From an uncultured Alphaproteobacteria bacterium (GTDB lineage: Bacteria; Pseudomonadota; Alphaproteobacteria; RF32; CAG-239), in the NCBI GenBank assembly GCA_934254585.1, contig CAKQLF010000003.1, positions 39,371 through 103,370 of the forward strand: a DNA stretch of 64,000 nucleotides, read 5' to 3'. Both the position numbers and the translations under genes were made by a program. Numbering within the stretch: position 1 is the first letter of the stretch; every line of letters begins with the position of its first letter. The notes below the pieces were generated by a model, which saw only the letters and a list, made by a program, of their open reading frames with translations, was not told the DNA's origin and did not search any database. Positions 38,495 through 45,304 of this stretch are shown here, in pieces.

Positions 38495-40006
38495 TTACTT
38501 TATCTCCCAGCCGATTGCTTTCAGCTTTTCGCGGATTTCCGACTGCAAAGCGTCGGACTGCTTGAACATATCCGCAAGCTCGCCTGTCAGGCGTTTCATC
38601 TTGTCTTCAAACGGTTCGCCGTCATCTTGCTGTTCTTCAATACCGACATAGCGTCCCGGCGTTAAAATATAATCCTGCGCCGCAATTTCCGCTGTCGTGG
38701 CAACGGCGCAAAAGCCTTTGATATTCTCTAATGTGCCGTTTTGAAATGCCGTAAACATATCGGCAATCTTTTTAATATCGGCATCAGTAAAATCGCGGTG
38801 CTTGCGGTCAACCATATAGCCCATTTTACGCGCATCAATAAATACAGTGCGTCCTTTTTGTGGCTTATTTTTGCTGATAAACCACAGCGTTACCGGAATT
38901 GTAACGCTATAAAACAGTTGCGGCGGCAAAGCGATAATACCCTCTATCAAATCGGCTTCAATAATGTTTTTGCGGATTTCACCTTCGCCGCTGGTTTGGG
39001 TGGAAAGCGCGCCGTTTGCCAACACCAAACCGATTTTACCATTCGGTGCGAGATGGTGTATCATGTGTTGAATCCACGCATAGTTTGCATTTCCGGCAGG
39101 CGGAATGCCATACTTCCAACGCACATCATCTTGTAACTTATCTTGTCCCCAATTAGAAAGGTTAAACGGTGGATTAGCCATAATAAAATCAAACTTTTCA
39201 TGCGGGTGCTGGTCATTAAAAAATGTATCCGCCTGATATGGCCCGAAATCAGCATCAATGCCGCGAATTGCCATATTCATTTTTGCCATTTTCCAGGTAT
39301 CAGCGTTGGATTCTTGCCCATAAACCGATATGTGGTCGCGATTTCCGCCATGTGCCTGTAAAAATTTAACCGATTGAACGAACATTCCGCCGGAACCACA
39401 GCAAGGGTCATAAACGCGGCAGTTGTCAAACGGTTTCAAAACTTCCACAATGGTCTTAACAATGCTTGATGGCGTATAAAATTCACCGCCTTTGGTGCCT
39501 TCGTATGCGGCAAACTGGGCAATACAGTATTCGTATGTGCGCCCGAGCAAGTCTTTATCTTCGTCGGTCTCAGACATATCAATATTGTTGGTAAAGAGGT
39601 CAACAACATTGCCTAAAACACGTTTATCTAGGTCTTGGTTGGCATAATTCTTAGGCAGAACATTCTTAAGCGATTTATTTTCAGCTTCAATGGCTCGCAT
39701 GGCATCATCAATAATAATGCCGATTTCAGGAGTATGTGCCGCTTCAGCAATTTTACTCCAACGAGCGGCTTCCGGAACATAAAATATACCTTCCATTGTG
39801 TAGGCATCTTTTTCATCTTCAAAGCCATCGCCCTCTGCAACTAGCTGATTATAGCGTTTTTCAAAGGCCGCAGAAATATAACGCAAAAAAATAAGCCCGA
39901 CAATTACTTTTCGGTAATCTGCCGCCGGAATATGTCCCCACAGCTCACATGCCGCATTCCAAATTTGCTTTTCAAAACCAATATTGGCGTTATTTTTTTC
40001 TGCCAT
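38495..40006 (-). CDS. hsdM: Type I restriction enzyme, M (N6-adenine methyltransferase) subunit
   Basis: HsdM N-terminal domain (FEKQIWNAACELWG), SAM motif DPCCGSGGMF, catalytic IMANPPFN. Confidence 0.95.
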   Translation of the reverse strand: MAEKNNANIGFEKQIWNAACELWGHIPAADYRKVIVGLIFLRYISAAFEKRYNQLVAEGDGFEDEKDAYTMEGIFYVPEAARWSKIAEAAHTPEIGIIIDDAMRAIEAENKSLKNVLPKNYANQDLDKRVLGNVVDLFTNNIDMSETDEDKDLLGRTYEYCIAQFAAYEGTKGGEFYTPSSIVKTIVEVLKPFDNCRVYDPCCGSGGMFVQSVKFLQAHGGNRDHISVYGQESNADTWKMAKMNMAIRGIDADFGPYQADTFFNDQHPHEKFDFIMANPPFNLSNWGQDKLQDDVRWKYGIPPAGNANYAWIQHMIHHLAPNGKIGLVLANGALSTQTSGEGEIRKNIIEADLIEGIIALPPQLFYSVTIPVTLWFISKNKPQKGRTVFIDARKMGYMVDRKHRDFTDADIKKIADMFTAFQNGTLENIKGFCAVATTAEIAAQDYILTPGRYVGIEEQQDDGEPFEDKMKRLTGELADMFKQSDALQSEIREKLKAIGWEIK

Positions 40007-40048
40007 TTTAGACCTCTTAATTTTGTAAAATTATAAACTGTTGCGATT

Positions 40049-40077
40049 ATGATATTTACTAAGATTTTAAAAGTCAA
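40049..40077 (-). promoter_or_regulatory. Sigma-70-type promoter candidate for the hsdM operon
   Basis: TTGACT, 17 nt spacer, TATCAT read on the minus strand. AAGAGG RBS before the hsdM ATG. Confidence 0.5.
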
Positions 40078-40142
40078 AATAAATATCGCTGTTTCCGCCA
40101 AAATCTAAGAGGCCGGCTATAAAAAAAACGCAAAGGGGAGGA

Positions 40143-40488
40143 TGGTGGGCACTGCAAGACTGACTACGCTAACGCTCCGCCGACGCGTCGTTCACAGCCT
40201 TTGGCTGCCGGCGTTCTGCCGCCCGCCTTTCTCTCGCTCTCAAACTTGCTTTCTCGCAAGTTCGAGGACCTTTTAAAATGCCCACAAAAAAACCACTCCT
40301 AAAGAGTGGTCTTTATGGTGGGCACTGCAAGACTGACTACGCTAATGCTCCGCCGACGTATCGTTCACAGCCTTTGGCTGCCGGCGTTCTGTCGCCCGCC
40401 TTTCTCTCGCTCTCAAACTTGCTTTCTCGCAAGTTCGAGAACCTTTTAAAATGCCAACAAAAAAAACACTCCTAAAGAGTGGTCTTTA
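40143..40488 (-). repeat. Two tandem 173-bp repeat units, each carrying an exact copy of the last 19 nt of tRNA-Met plus its terminator hairpin and a GC-rich core
   Basis: Units 40143..40315 and 40316..40488 differ at 7 positions by my hand alignment. Each begins (plus strand) with TGGTGGGCACTGCAAGACT, identical to the tRNA 3' end at 40489..40507. Confidence 0.9.
40458..40482 (-). terminator. Rho-independent terminator of tRNA-Met
   Basis: Minus strand reads CACTC-TTTAG-GAGTG followed by T8, immediately after the CCA end. Confidence 0.65.
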
Positions 40489-40565
40489 TGGTGGGCACTG
40501 CAAGACTCGAACTTGCGACCAGACCGTTATGAGCGGCCGGCTCTAACCAACTGAGCTAAGTGCCC
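40489..40565 (-). tRNA. tRNA-Met (anticodon CAT); tRNA-Ile2 (lysidine) not excluded
   Basis: Hand-folded 77-nt cloverleaf: GGGCACT/AGTGCCC acceptor, GCTC/GAGC D stem, GGCCG-CTCATAA-CGGTC anticodon arm, GCAAG-TTCGAGT-CTTGC T arm, encoded CCA. G1-C72 pairing argues against an initiator tRNA. Confidence 0.9.
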
Positions 40566-40582
40566 AACCAGATAACAGCGTT

Positions 40583-40611
40583 AACATAAAATAATAAAAA
40601 ACTTTAGTCAA
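40583..40611 (-). promoter_or_regulatory. Sigma-70-type promoter candidate for tRNA-Met
   Basis: TTGACT, 17 nt spacer, TATGTT on the minus strand, about 18 nt upstream of the tRNA 5' end. Confidence 0.5.
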
Positions 40612-40755
40612 GAATTATTTTGCAACTTGACACATATTGCAAATTAAAAACAGAAAACGAACGATTGAGAATAAAAAAAGAATCGTGTATTTTATAAAAA
40701 ACAACAATACTAAAGGAAATACACGATGGATAAAGAATACAATAAAAGAAAGTAA

Positions 40756-40959
40756 AAGTTTTTTTGCCAGCCTTATTGTTCGGCTGACAAAGGTTCTATT
40801 GAAAATAGAAACAAAATTTTACATCAGTTTTTGCCTAAGAAAACTAATTTTGATTTGCCTTCTCAAGATACTCTTGATAATATTCAGAGGTCTATCAACA
40901 ATAGACCCCTGAAATTACTTGGTTGGAATACACCTTCCTCCGCTTTCTCGTTCGTTTAG
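40756..40959 (+). pseudogene. C-terminal fragment of an IS30-family transposase
   Basis: My translation reads KFFCQPYCSADKGSIENRNKILHQFLPKKTNFDLPSQDTLDNIQRSINNRPLKLLGWNTPSSAFSFV*. It matches the IS30 C-terminal pattern (F..PY.SW.RG.NEN.NGLLR...PK...LNNRPRK.LG..TP). It has no start codon and no DDE core upstream. Confidence 0.7.
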
Positions 40960-41128
40960 CAACTTTAATCTACAAAGTGCTAAGATGAAAACCACACCGA
41001 AAAAATTGCTGATTGCAGGTAAATAATAGCATATTGTGTCGGGCAAACATTAGAGTTTCCAATAAATATATGGTTTTCTGTAAGGCAATTAATGAAACTT
41101 CACACGCGCGTTTTATGCCTTGTTTCAT

Positions 41129-41755
41129 TTATTTGCCAGTGAAAAAAAAGTCACATAGATTATCGGAAGCTGAACAATCACAAGCTAAAGCCGCTTTATC
41201 CGGAGATATGGGAATTTGATTATCCTTGGCGCAAGCATAGGCAGAGCCTTTTCCAAAAGCAGATCCGTGAAGACAATCAGTAAGACTCAACTCCATATTT
41301 GTTAGAAGATTATTAATATTATCCTGTGTCTGTATACCAACTGCGCCAAAATAATTTTGCCAGGCCTGTGTTGCCAACTCAATACAGGCATCTTCAGGAA
41401 TATGTCTTATTGCTATTGAATAAGCTCTCATTTCACCATCCATATCATCAATATCAAAATGCGTACCATCATACCAAGCAGCGGTAATTATAACTTCTCC
41501 ATTAAAAGCATTTTTTATTTCACCATTTTCATCATACATTTCCGCCGGAATAATTCCAGAAGCTTTCAAATCAATATCACTTAAACTCGCGTAATTTTTT
41601 TGATTAGCGTATAATGTTTTTATGTTATTGGCTATTGTTATAACTTCATCAATAACTTTATTGGTTTTGAACTTGGTCATTGCTTTGGAATAACCGGCAA
41701 TACCACCAACGCTTAAAACACCGATGATGGCCAGAACTCCCAACATTTCAATCAT
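41129..41755 (-). CDS. Type IV pilin-like protein (paralog A)
   Basis: Contains G-RSMIEMLGVLAIIGVLSVGGIAGYSKAM, a class III signal-type N-terminus with Glu at +5 after the Gly. Cys-rich C-terminus. The start is unresolved: no ATG/GTG/TTG lies just upstream of the Gly. The first in-frame ATG is the Met of SMIEML, at 41755. The frame stays open up to 42172. Confidence 0.7.
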   Translation of the reverse strand: MIEMLGVLAIIGVLSVGGIAGYSKAMTKFKTNKVIDEVITIANNIKTLYANQKNYASLSDIDLKASGIIPAEMYDENGEIKNAFNGEVIITAAWYDGTHFDIDDMDGEMRAYSIAIRHIPEDACIELATQAWQNYFGAVGIQTQDNINNLLTNMELSLTDCLHGSAFGKGSAYACAKDNQIPISPDKAALACDCSASDNLCDFFFTGK

Positions 41756-41863
41756 CGAACGACCATAATCTCTCGCCCCGTGCTGGAGAGAGTGGCACGA
41801 CAGTGCCGAGTGAGGGGTATTTATTAAATTGCAAACAGCTCTTAACCATCGTCCCAATCTATT

Positions 41864-42028
41864 GTCATTGCCGGACGAGATCCGGCAATCTAGATTCGCG
41901 GGTCTGTGCCCGCGAATGACACTAAAGAAGTGCCCGTTAATGACGCAGAAAAGGTGTTTTAAAACCTTGCAACAAATACTAAGCCAACACCTCCAGCTAC
42001 CGTCATTCTCAGGCTTGTCCTGAGAATC
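41864..42028 (-). repeat. Cassette of three perfect 9-bp-stem hairpins with shared ATT...AAT ends and GTCATT/AATGAC flanks
   Basis: Plus strand: ATTGCCGGA-cgaga-TCCGGCAAT (41867..41889), ATTCGCGGG-tctgtg-CCCGCGAAT (41894..41917), ATTCTCAGG-cttgt-CCTGAGAAT (42005..42027). A half-site GCCCGTTAATGAC lies near 41931..41944. Confidence 0.85.
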
Positions 42029-42124
42029 TTGTGCGAACCGACACTTATGTAATAATAAGGCAAATTTATTGACTAGGTTAGTACCTTGTTGCAACAAGAT
42101 TCTAGGCACAGGGTCTAGAATGAC
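42019..42124 (-). repeat. Conserved leader block 1 (copy A), repeated at 56346..56451
   Basis: 106 nt with 3 mismatches between copies (hand alignment). Contains the 14-bp palindrome CTTGTTGCAACAAG. Confidence 0.9.
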
Positions 42125-42181
42125 CATAGAGCGGTGTAAACGAGTACTTTTTTCAATGCTAAAATTTTTCAAAAAATCAAT

Positions 42182-42342
42182 AAAAACGTCTGTAGCGGCA
42201 AAAAATGTGCCTTTAATCAGACATTTAGGATTTGCAGAGAGAGAGAGAGACCTTTTGATTGCTTATTTTTCATCTTTCTTTCCTCATAAAATTAGGTGAA
42301 TTGTTAAACACCTTAATTATAGCAAACACTCCTTAATAAATA
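42182..42342 (-). repeat. Conserved leader/promoter block 2 (copy A), repeated at 56542..56698
   Basis: About 128 nt are near-identical (one mismatch in the -24 element, one 1-nt indel, one further mismatch). About 30 nt of weaker similarity follow. Contains an (AG)7 tract at 42236..42250. Confidence 0.9.
42197..42212 (-). promoter_or_regulatory. Sigma-54 (RpoN)-type -24/-12 promoter candidate upstream of pilin-like paralog A
   Basis: Minus strand reads AGGCACATTTTTTGCC, with GG and GC separated by exactly 10 nt (consensus TGGCAC-N5-TTGC). Confidence 0.5.
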
Positions 42343-42446
42343 TATAACTTTTAATCCAAGCTAATAAAAATAATTTTGCTTATGGTAACAGGTGTAGACT
42401 TATATATTTTATAAAAATCTAAAATTTTTTCAAAAAAATCTTTTAC

Positions 42447-42479
42447 CCACTTGCACTGTCAAAAATTGCTCCCTATATA
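42447..42479 (+). promoter_or_regulatory. Sigma-32 (heat-shock)-type promoter candidate for dnaK
   Basis: CCCACTTGCAC, 14 nt spacer, CCCTATAT. Compare the E. coli sigma-32 consensus CCCTTGAA-N13-15-CCCCATNT. Lies about 35 nt upstream of the dnaK ATG. Confidence 0.5.
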
Positions 42480-42513
42480 CATTTTTAGAAATGAAACAGG
42501 AGGATTTAAAATT

Positions 42514-44430
42514 ATGAGTAATAAAGTTATAGGTATTGACCTCGGTACAACAAACTCTTGCTTTGCCGTTATGGAAGGTAAAGAAGCTAAAGTTTTGGAA
42601 AACTCCGAAGGCGCGCGCACAACGCCGTCTATGGTTGCTTTCACCGATACGGAACGTTTGGTTGGCTATCCGGCAAAACGTCAGGCTGTTACCAATCCGG
42701 AAAATACCTTGTTTGCCATTAAAAGATTGATTGGCCGTCGCTATGATTCGGCTGAGGTTGAAAAATTTAAGGAACATTGTCCGTTTAAAATTGTTCCGGG
42801 CGACAACGGCGATGCTTGGGTAGAAGTTAAAGGCCAAAAATATGCGCCGTCTCAAATTTCGGCTATTGTTTTGCAAAAAATTAAGGAATATGCCGAGAGC
42901 TATTTGGGTGAAAAAGTGGAAAAAGCCGTTATTACTGTTCCGGCTTACTTCAATGACTCGCAACGTCAGGCTACTAAAGATGCCGGTAAAATTGCCGGAT
43001 TGGAAGTTTTGCGTATTATCAATGAACCGACAGCCGCTGCTTTGGCTTATGGTATGGATAAAAAAGCTTCCGGCACAATCGTTGTTTATGACCTTGGTGG
43101 TGGTACATTCGATGTTTCCATTTTGGAAATCGGCGACGGCGTGTTTGAAGTTAAAGCCACAAACGGCGATACGTTCTTGGGCGGTGAAGACTTTGACCAA
43201 CGTATTGTTAACTATTTGGCGGACGAGTTCAAAAAAGACAACGGCATTGATTTGCGCGGTGACAGACTTGCTTTGCAACGTTTGAAAGAAGCTGCCGAAA
43301 AAGCTAAAATTGAATTGTCTTCAACAACTCAAACCGAAATCAATTTGCCGTTTATCACTGCGGATTCAACAGGTCCTAAACACCTGAACATTAAATTAAC
43401 CCGCGCTAAATTAGAATCTTTGGTTGACGATTTGATTGAAAAAACCGCGATTCCTTGTCAAAAAGCTTTGTCCGACGCCGGATTGAAAGCCAGCGATATT
43501 AGTGAAGTTATTTTGGTTGGCGGTATGACTCGTATGCCGAAAGTTCAAGAAAAAGTTAAAGAAATTTTCGGCCGCGAACCGCACAAAGGTGTAAACCCTG
43601 ATGAAGTTGTTGCCGTCGGCGCAGCTATTCAAGGCGGTGTTTTGATGGGTGACGTTAAAGACGTGTTGCTGTTGGATGTTACTCCGTTGTCTTTGGGTAT
43701 TGAAACTTTGGGCGGCGTGTTCACTCGTTTGATTGATCGTAACACCACTATTCCGACCAGAAAGTCGCAGGTATTCTCTACGGCTGAAGATGGTCAAACC
43801 GCGGTAACCATCAGAGTGTTCCAAGGTGAGCGTGAAATTGCCGCACACAACAAATTGCTTGGCCAGTTTGATTTGGTTGGTATTCCGCCTGCACCGCGTG
43901 GTATGCCGCAAATTGAGGTAACTTTTGATATTGACGCCAATGGTATTGTAAATGTATCGGCAAAAGATAAGGCTACCAACAAGGAACAAGCCATTCGTAT
44001 TCAAGCTTCCGGCGGTTTGAGCGATGCGGAAATTGACCAGATGGTTAAAGATGCCGAAGCCAATGCCGAGTCTGACAAAAAGCAAAAAGAATTGGTAGAT
44101 GCTAAAAACCGTGCCGAAAGTCTGGTTCACGAAGTTGAGAAGAACTTGAAAGAATTTGGCGATAAGGTTGCCGAAGCTGATAAAAACAGCATTACCGCTG
44201 CGGTTGAAGCTGTAAAAGCCAGTATGGAAAAAGAAGACCTTGAAGACTTGAAGTCTAAGACCGACGCTTTGATGCAGGCTTCTATGAAATTGGGCGAGGC
44301 TATGTATAAGACACAGCAGGCTCAGGGGGCACAGGGTGCGGCTCAGGGCGCAGACACCGGAGCGGCTTCCGGCGAACAGCCGAAGAAAGATGACAATGTA
44401 GTTGACGCTGATTTTGAAGAAGTTAAATAA
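42514..44430 (+). CDS. dnaK: Molecular chaperone DnaK (Hsp70)
   Basis: [43 protein letters not shown] 9 nt upstream of ATG 42514; the track ORF opens at 42451. Confidence 0.97.
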   Translation: MSNKVIGIDLGTTNSCFAVMEGKEAKVLENSEGARTTPSMVAFTDTERLVGYPAKRQAVTNPENTLFAIKRLIGRRYDSAEVEKFKEHCPFKIVPGDNGDAWVEVKGQKYAPSQISAIVLQKIKEYAESYLGEKVEKAVITVPAYFNDSQRQATKDAGKIAGLEVLRIINEPTAAALAYGMDKKASGTIVVYDLGGGTFDVSILEIGDGVFEVKATNGDTFLGGEDFDQRIVNYLADEFKKDNGIDLRGDRLALQRLKEAAEKAKIELSSTTQTEINLPFITADSTGPKHLNIKLTRAKLESLVDDLIEKTAIPCQKALSDAGLKASDISEVILVGGMTRMPKVQEKVKEIFGREPHKGVNPDEVVAVGAAIQGGVLMGDVKDVLLLDVTPLSLGIETLGGVFTRLIDRNTTIPTRKSQVFSTAEDGQTAVTIRVFQGEREIAAHNKLLGQFDLVGIPPAPRGMPQIEVTFDIDANGIVNVSAKDKATNKEQAIRIQASGGLSDAEIDQMVKDAEANAESDKKQKELVDAKNRAESLVHEVEKNLKEFGDKVAEADKNSITAAVEAVKASMEKEDLEDLKSKTDALMQASMKLGEAMYKTQQAQGAQGAAQGADTGAASGEQPKKDDNVVDADFEEVK

Positions 44431-44447
44431 CGTTGTTTTGTTAAAGA

Positions 44448-44484
44448 AAATATCCGTTTCAGCAATGAGACGGATATTTTTTTG
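44448..44484 (+). terminator. Rho-independent terminator after dnaK
   Basis: ATATCCGTTTC-AGCAAT-GAGACGGATAT followed by TTTTTT. Confidence 0.75.
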
Positions 44485-44550
44485 CTTGTTGACATTTATC
44501 CTGAAAAACATATACTGAACTAAATGTTAAATTTTTAATTCTTAATTTTT

Positions 44551-45171
44551 ATGACAAACAATATTATTAAATTTTCGCAGAAGAACATCCCAAAAATTAA
44601 AGCCGGTATGTTTTGGTATGACGACGACACTTTTTCAGCTGATTTAATTGCAGATAAAAAAGTTAAAGCCGTTGTTGAATTGGTGGATGCCGGTTTGGGT
44701 GTAGTTTACGGTGATCTTTTGGTACCTGATAAAAAAATGAAGTGGGCTAAAGCTGAAAAATATATTGAATTTTTCAACGAATATACCCGAACTGATGATT
44801 ATTGGGTAAGAAAGAGTTTGTGCGAATATATGGTAAATATATTTGCAGAAGATGATATGCAACGCTACATTCTTGAATTTGTCGGCAGCAAGCATATGGG
44901 TTCTCCAAATGAAAAAATCTGTTTATATGATGATTTTCAGTATCTTGATGTAAAATCTTCTGCGGATAAAATTCAAACTGCCTTTGAAAAACTGCAAAAA
45001 ACTTCTCGTTTTGATGAAGTGAAAGGCTTTTTCAAAATAGCGAGGAAAAGAAATTATTGGACTGAAACATCCGGAAAAATAGAACGATGGAATTTGGCTT
45101 TTGTGCCGTCTATTGCCGGAAGAAAAATGTATGTTCGTCCGGTTTTAGCAATGGCTATTTTTGAATGGTAA
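44551..45171 (+). CDS. Hypothetical protein (206 aa) with a DUF1566-like C-terminal pattern, inserted between dnaK and dnaJ
   Basis: NYWTETSGKIERWNLAFVPSIAGRKMYVRPVLA resembles the YW(S/T)S...VRPV end of DUF1566/Lcl-C domains (recollection). Has its own terminator. Confidence 0.55.
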   Translation: MTNNIIKFSQKNIPKIKAGMFWYDDDTFSADLIADKKVKAVVELVDAGLGVVYGDLLVPDKKMKWAKAEKYIEFFNEYTRTDDYWVRKSLCEYMVNIFAEDDMQRYILEFVGSKHMGSPNEKICLYDDFQYLDVKSSADKIQTAFEKLQKTSRFDEVKGFFKIARKRNYWTETSGKIERWNLAFVPSIAGRKMYVRPVLAMAIFEW

Positions 45172-45179
45172 GTAATAAA

Positions 45180-45212
45180 CAGTTCTGAAATTTGATTTTC
45201 AGAGCTGTTTTT
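45180..45212 (+). terminator. Rho-independent terminator
   Basis: CAGTTCTGAAA-TTTGATT-TTCAGAGCTG followed by TTTTT. Confidence 0.7.
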
Positions 45213-45304
45213 GCTTTAAAATCGTGTAAGATTTTGTTTTTGGCTTGCATTCGGTAAATAAAAAAACTAAGTAGAGGGGTAGATGAATTAATTGGACGAG
45301 AAAA

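Noticed and set aside
40278-40475. 65-aa plus-strand ORF inside the 173-bp tandem repeat
   Set aside because: It spans the repeat junction and the tRNA-end copy, and has no RBS. The open frame is explained by the GC-rich repeat composition.
40143-40488. Possible SRP (4.5S) RNA, because the minus strand contains GCAGCCAAAGGCTGTGAACGACGCG, reminiscent of E. coli 4.5S GCAGCCAAGGCAGAUGACGCG
   Set aside because: In this sequence CAGCC-AAA-GGCTG folds on itself as a local hairpin. I could not find the GGAA/GNRA tetraloop or the conserved 5' strand of helix 8. A tandemly duplicated essential RNA that ends in a tRNA fragment is also implausible. It should still be settled with cmsearch.
40143-40488. 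CRISPR array
   Set aside because: There are only two long (173-bp) directly abutting units with no unique spacers between them. This is not CRISPR architecture.
18300-41000. Calling the whole accessory tract a single integrative element or prophage
   Set aside because: The window contains no integrase, excisionase, conjugation or phage structural genes. The only transposase is a 68-codon IS30 fragment. No matching distal direct repeat of the tRNA end was seen. A mosaic of decayed insertions fits better.
42300-42345. Sigma-70 promoter (TGCTATAAT, extended -10-like) at the distal end of leader block 2, copy A
   Set aside because: The corresponding position in copy B reads TGCTAGAGT, and no reasonable -35 is present in either copy. 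I did not annotate it, but it remains an alternative to the sigma-54-like element.
42430-44511. Long minus-strand ORFs (282 aa and 366 aa) across the dnaK region
   Set aside because: They are antisense to an unmistakable DnaK coding sequence. Their translations are Phe/Asn/Arg-rich and non-proteinaceous. Long antisense ORFs are a common artefact opposite highly expressed genes.
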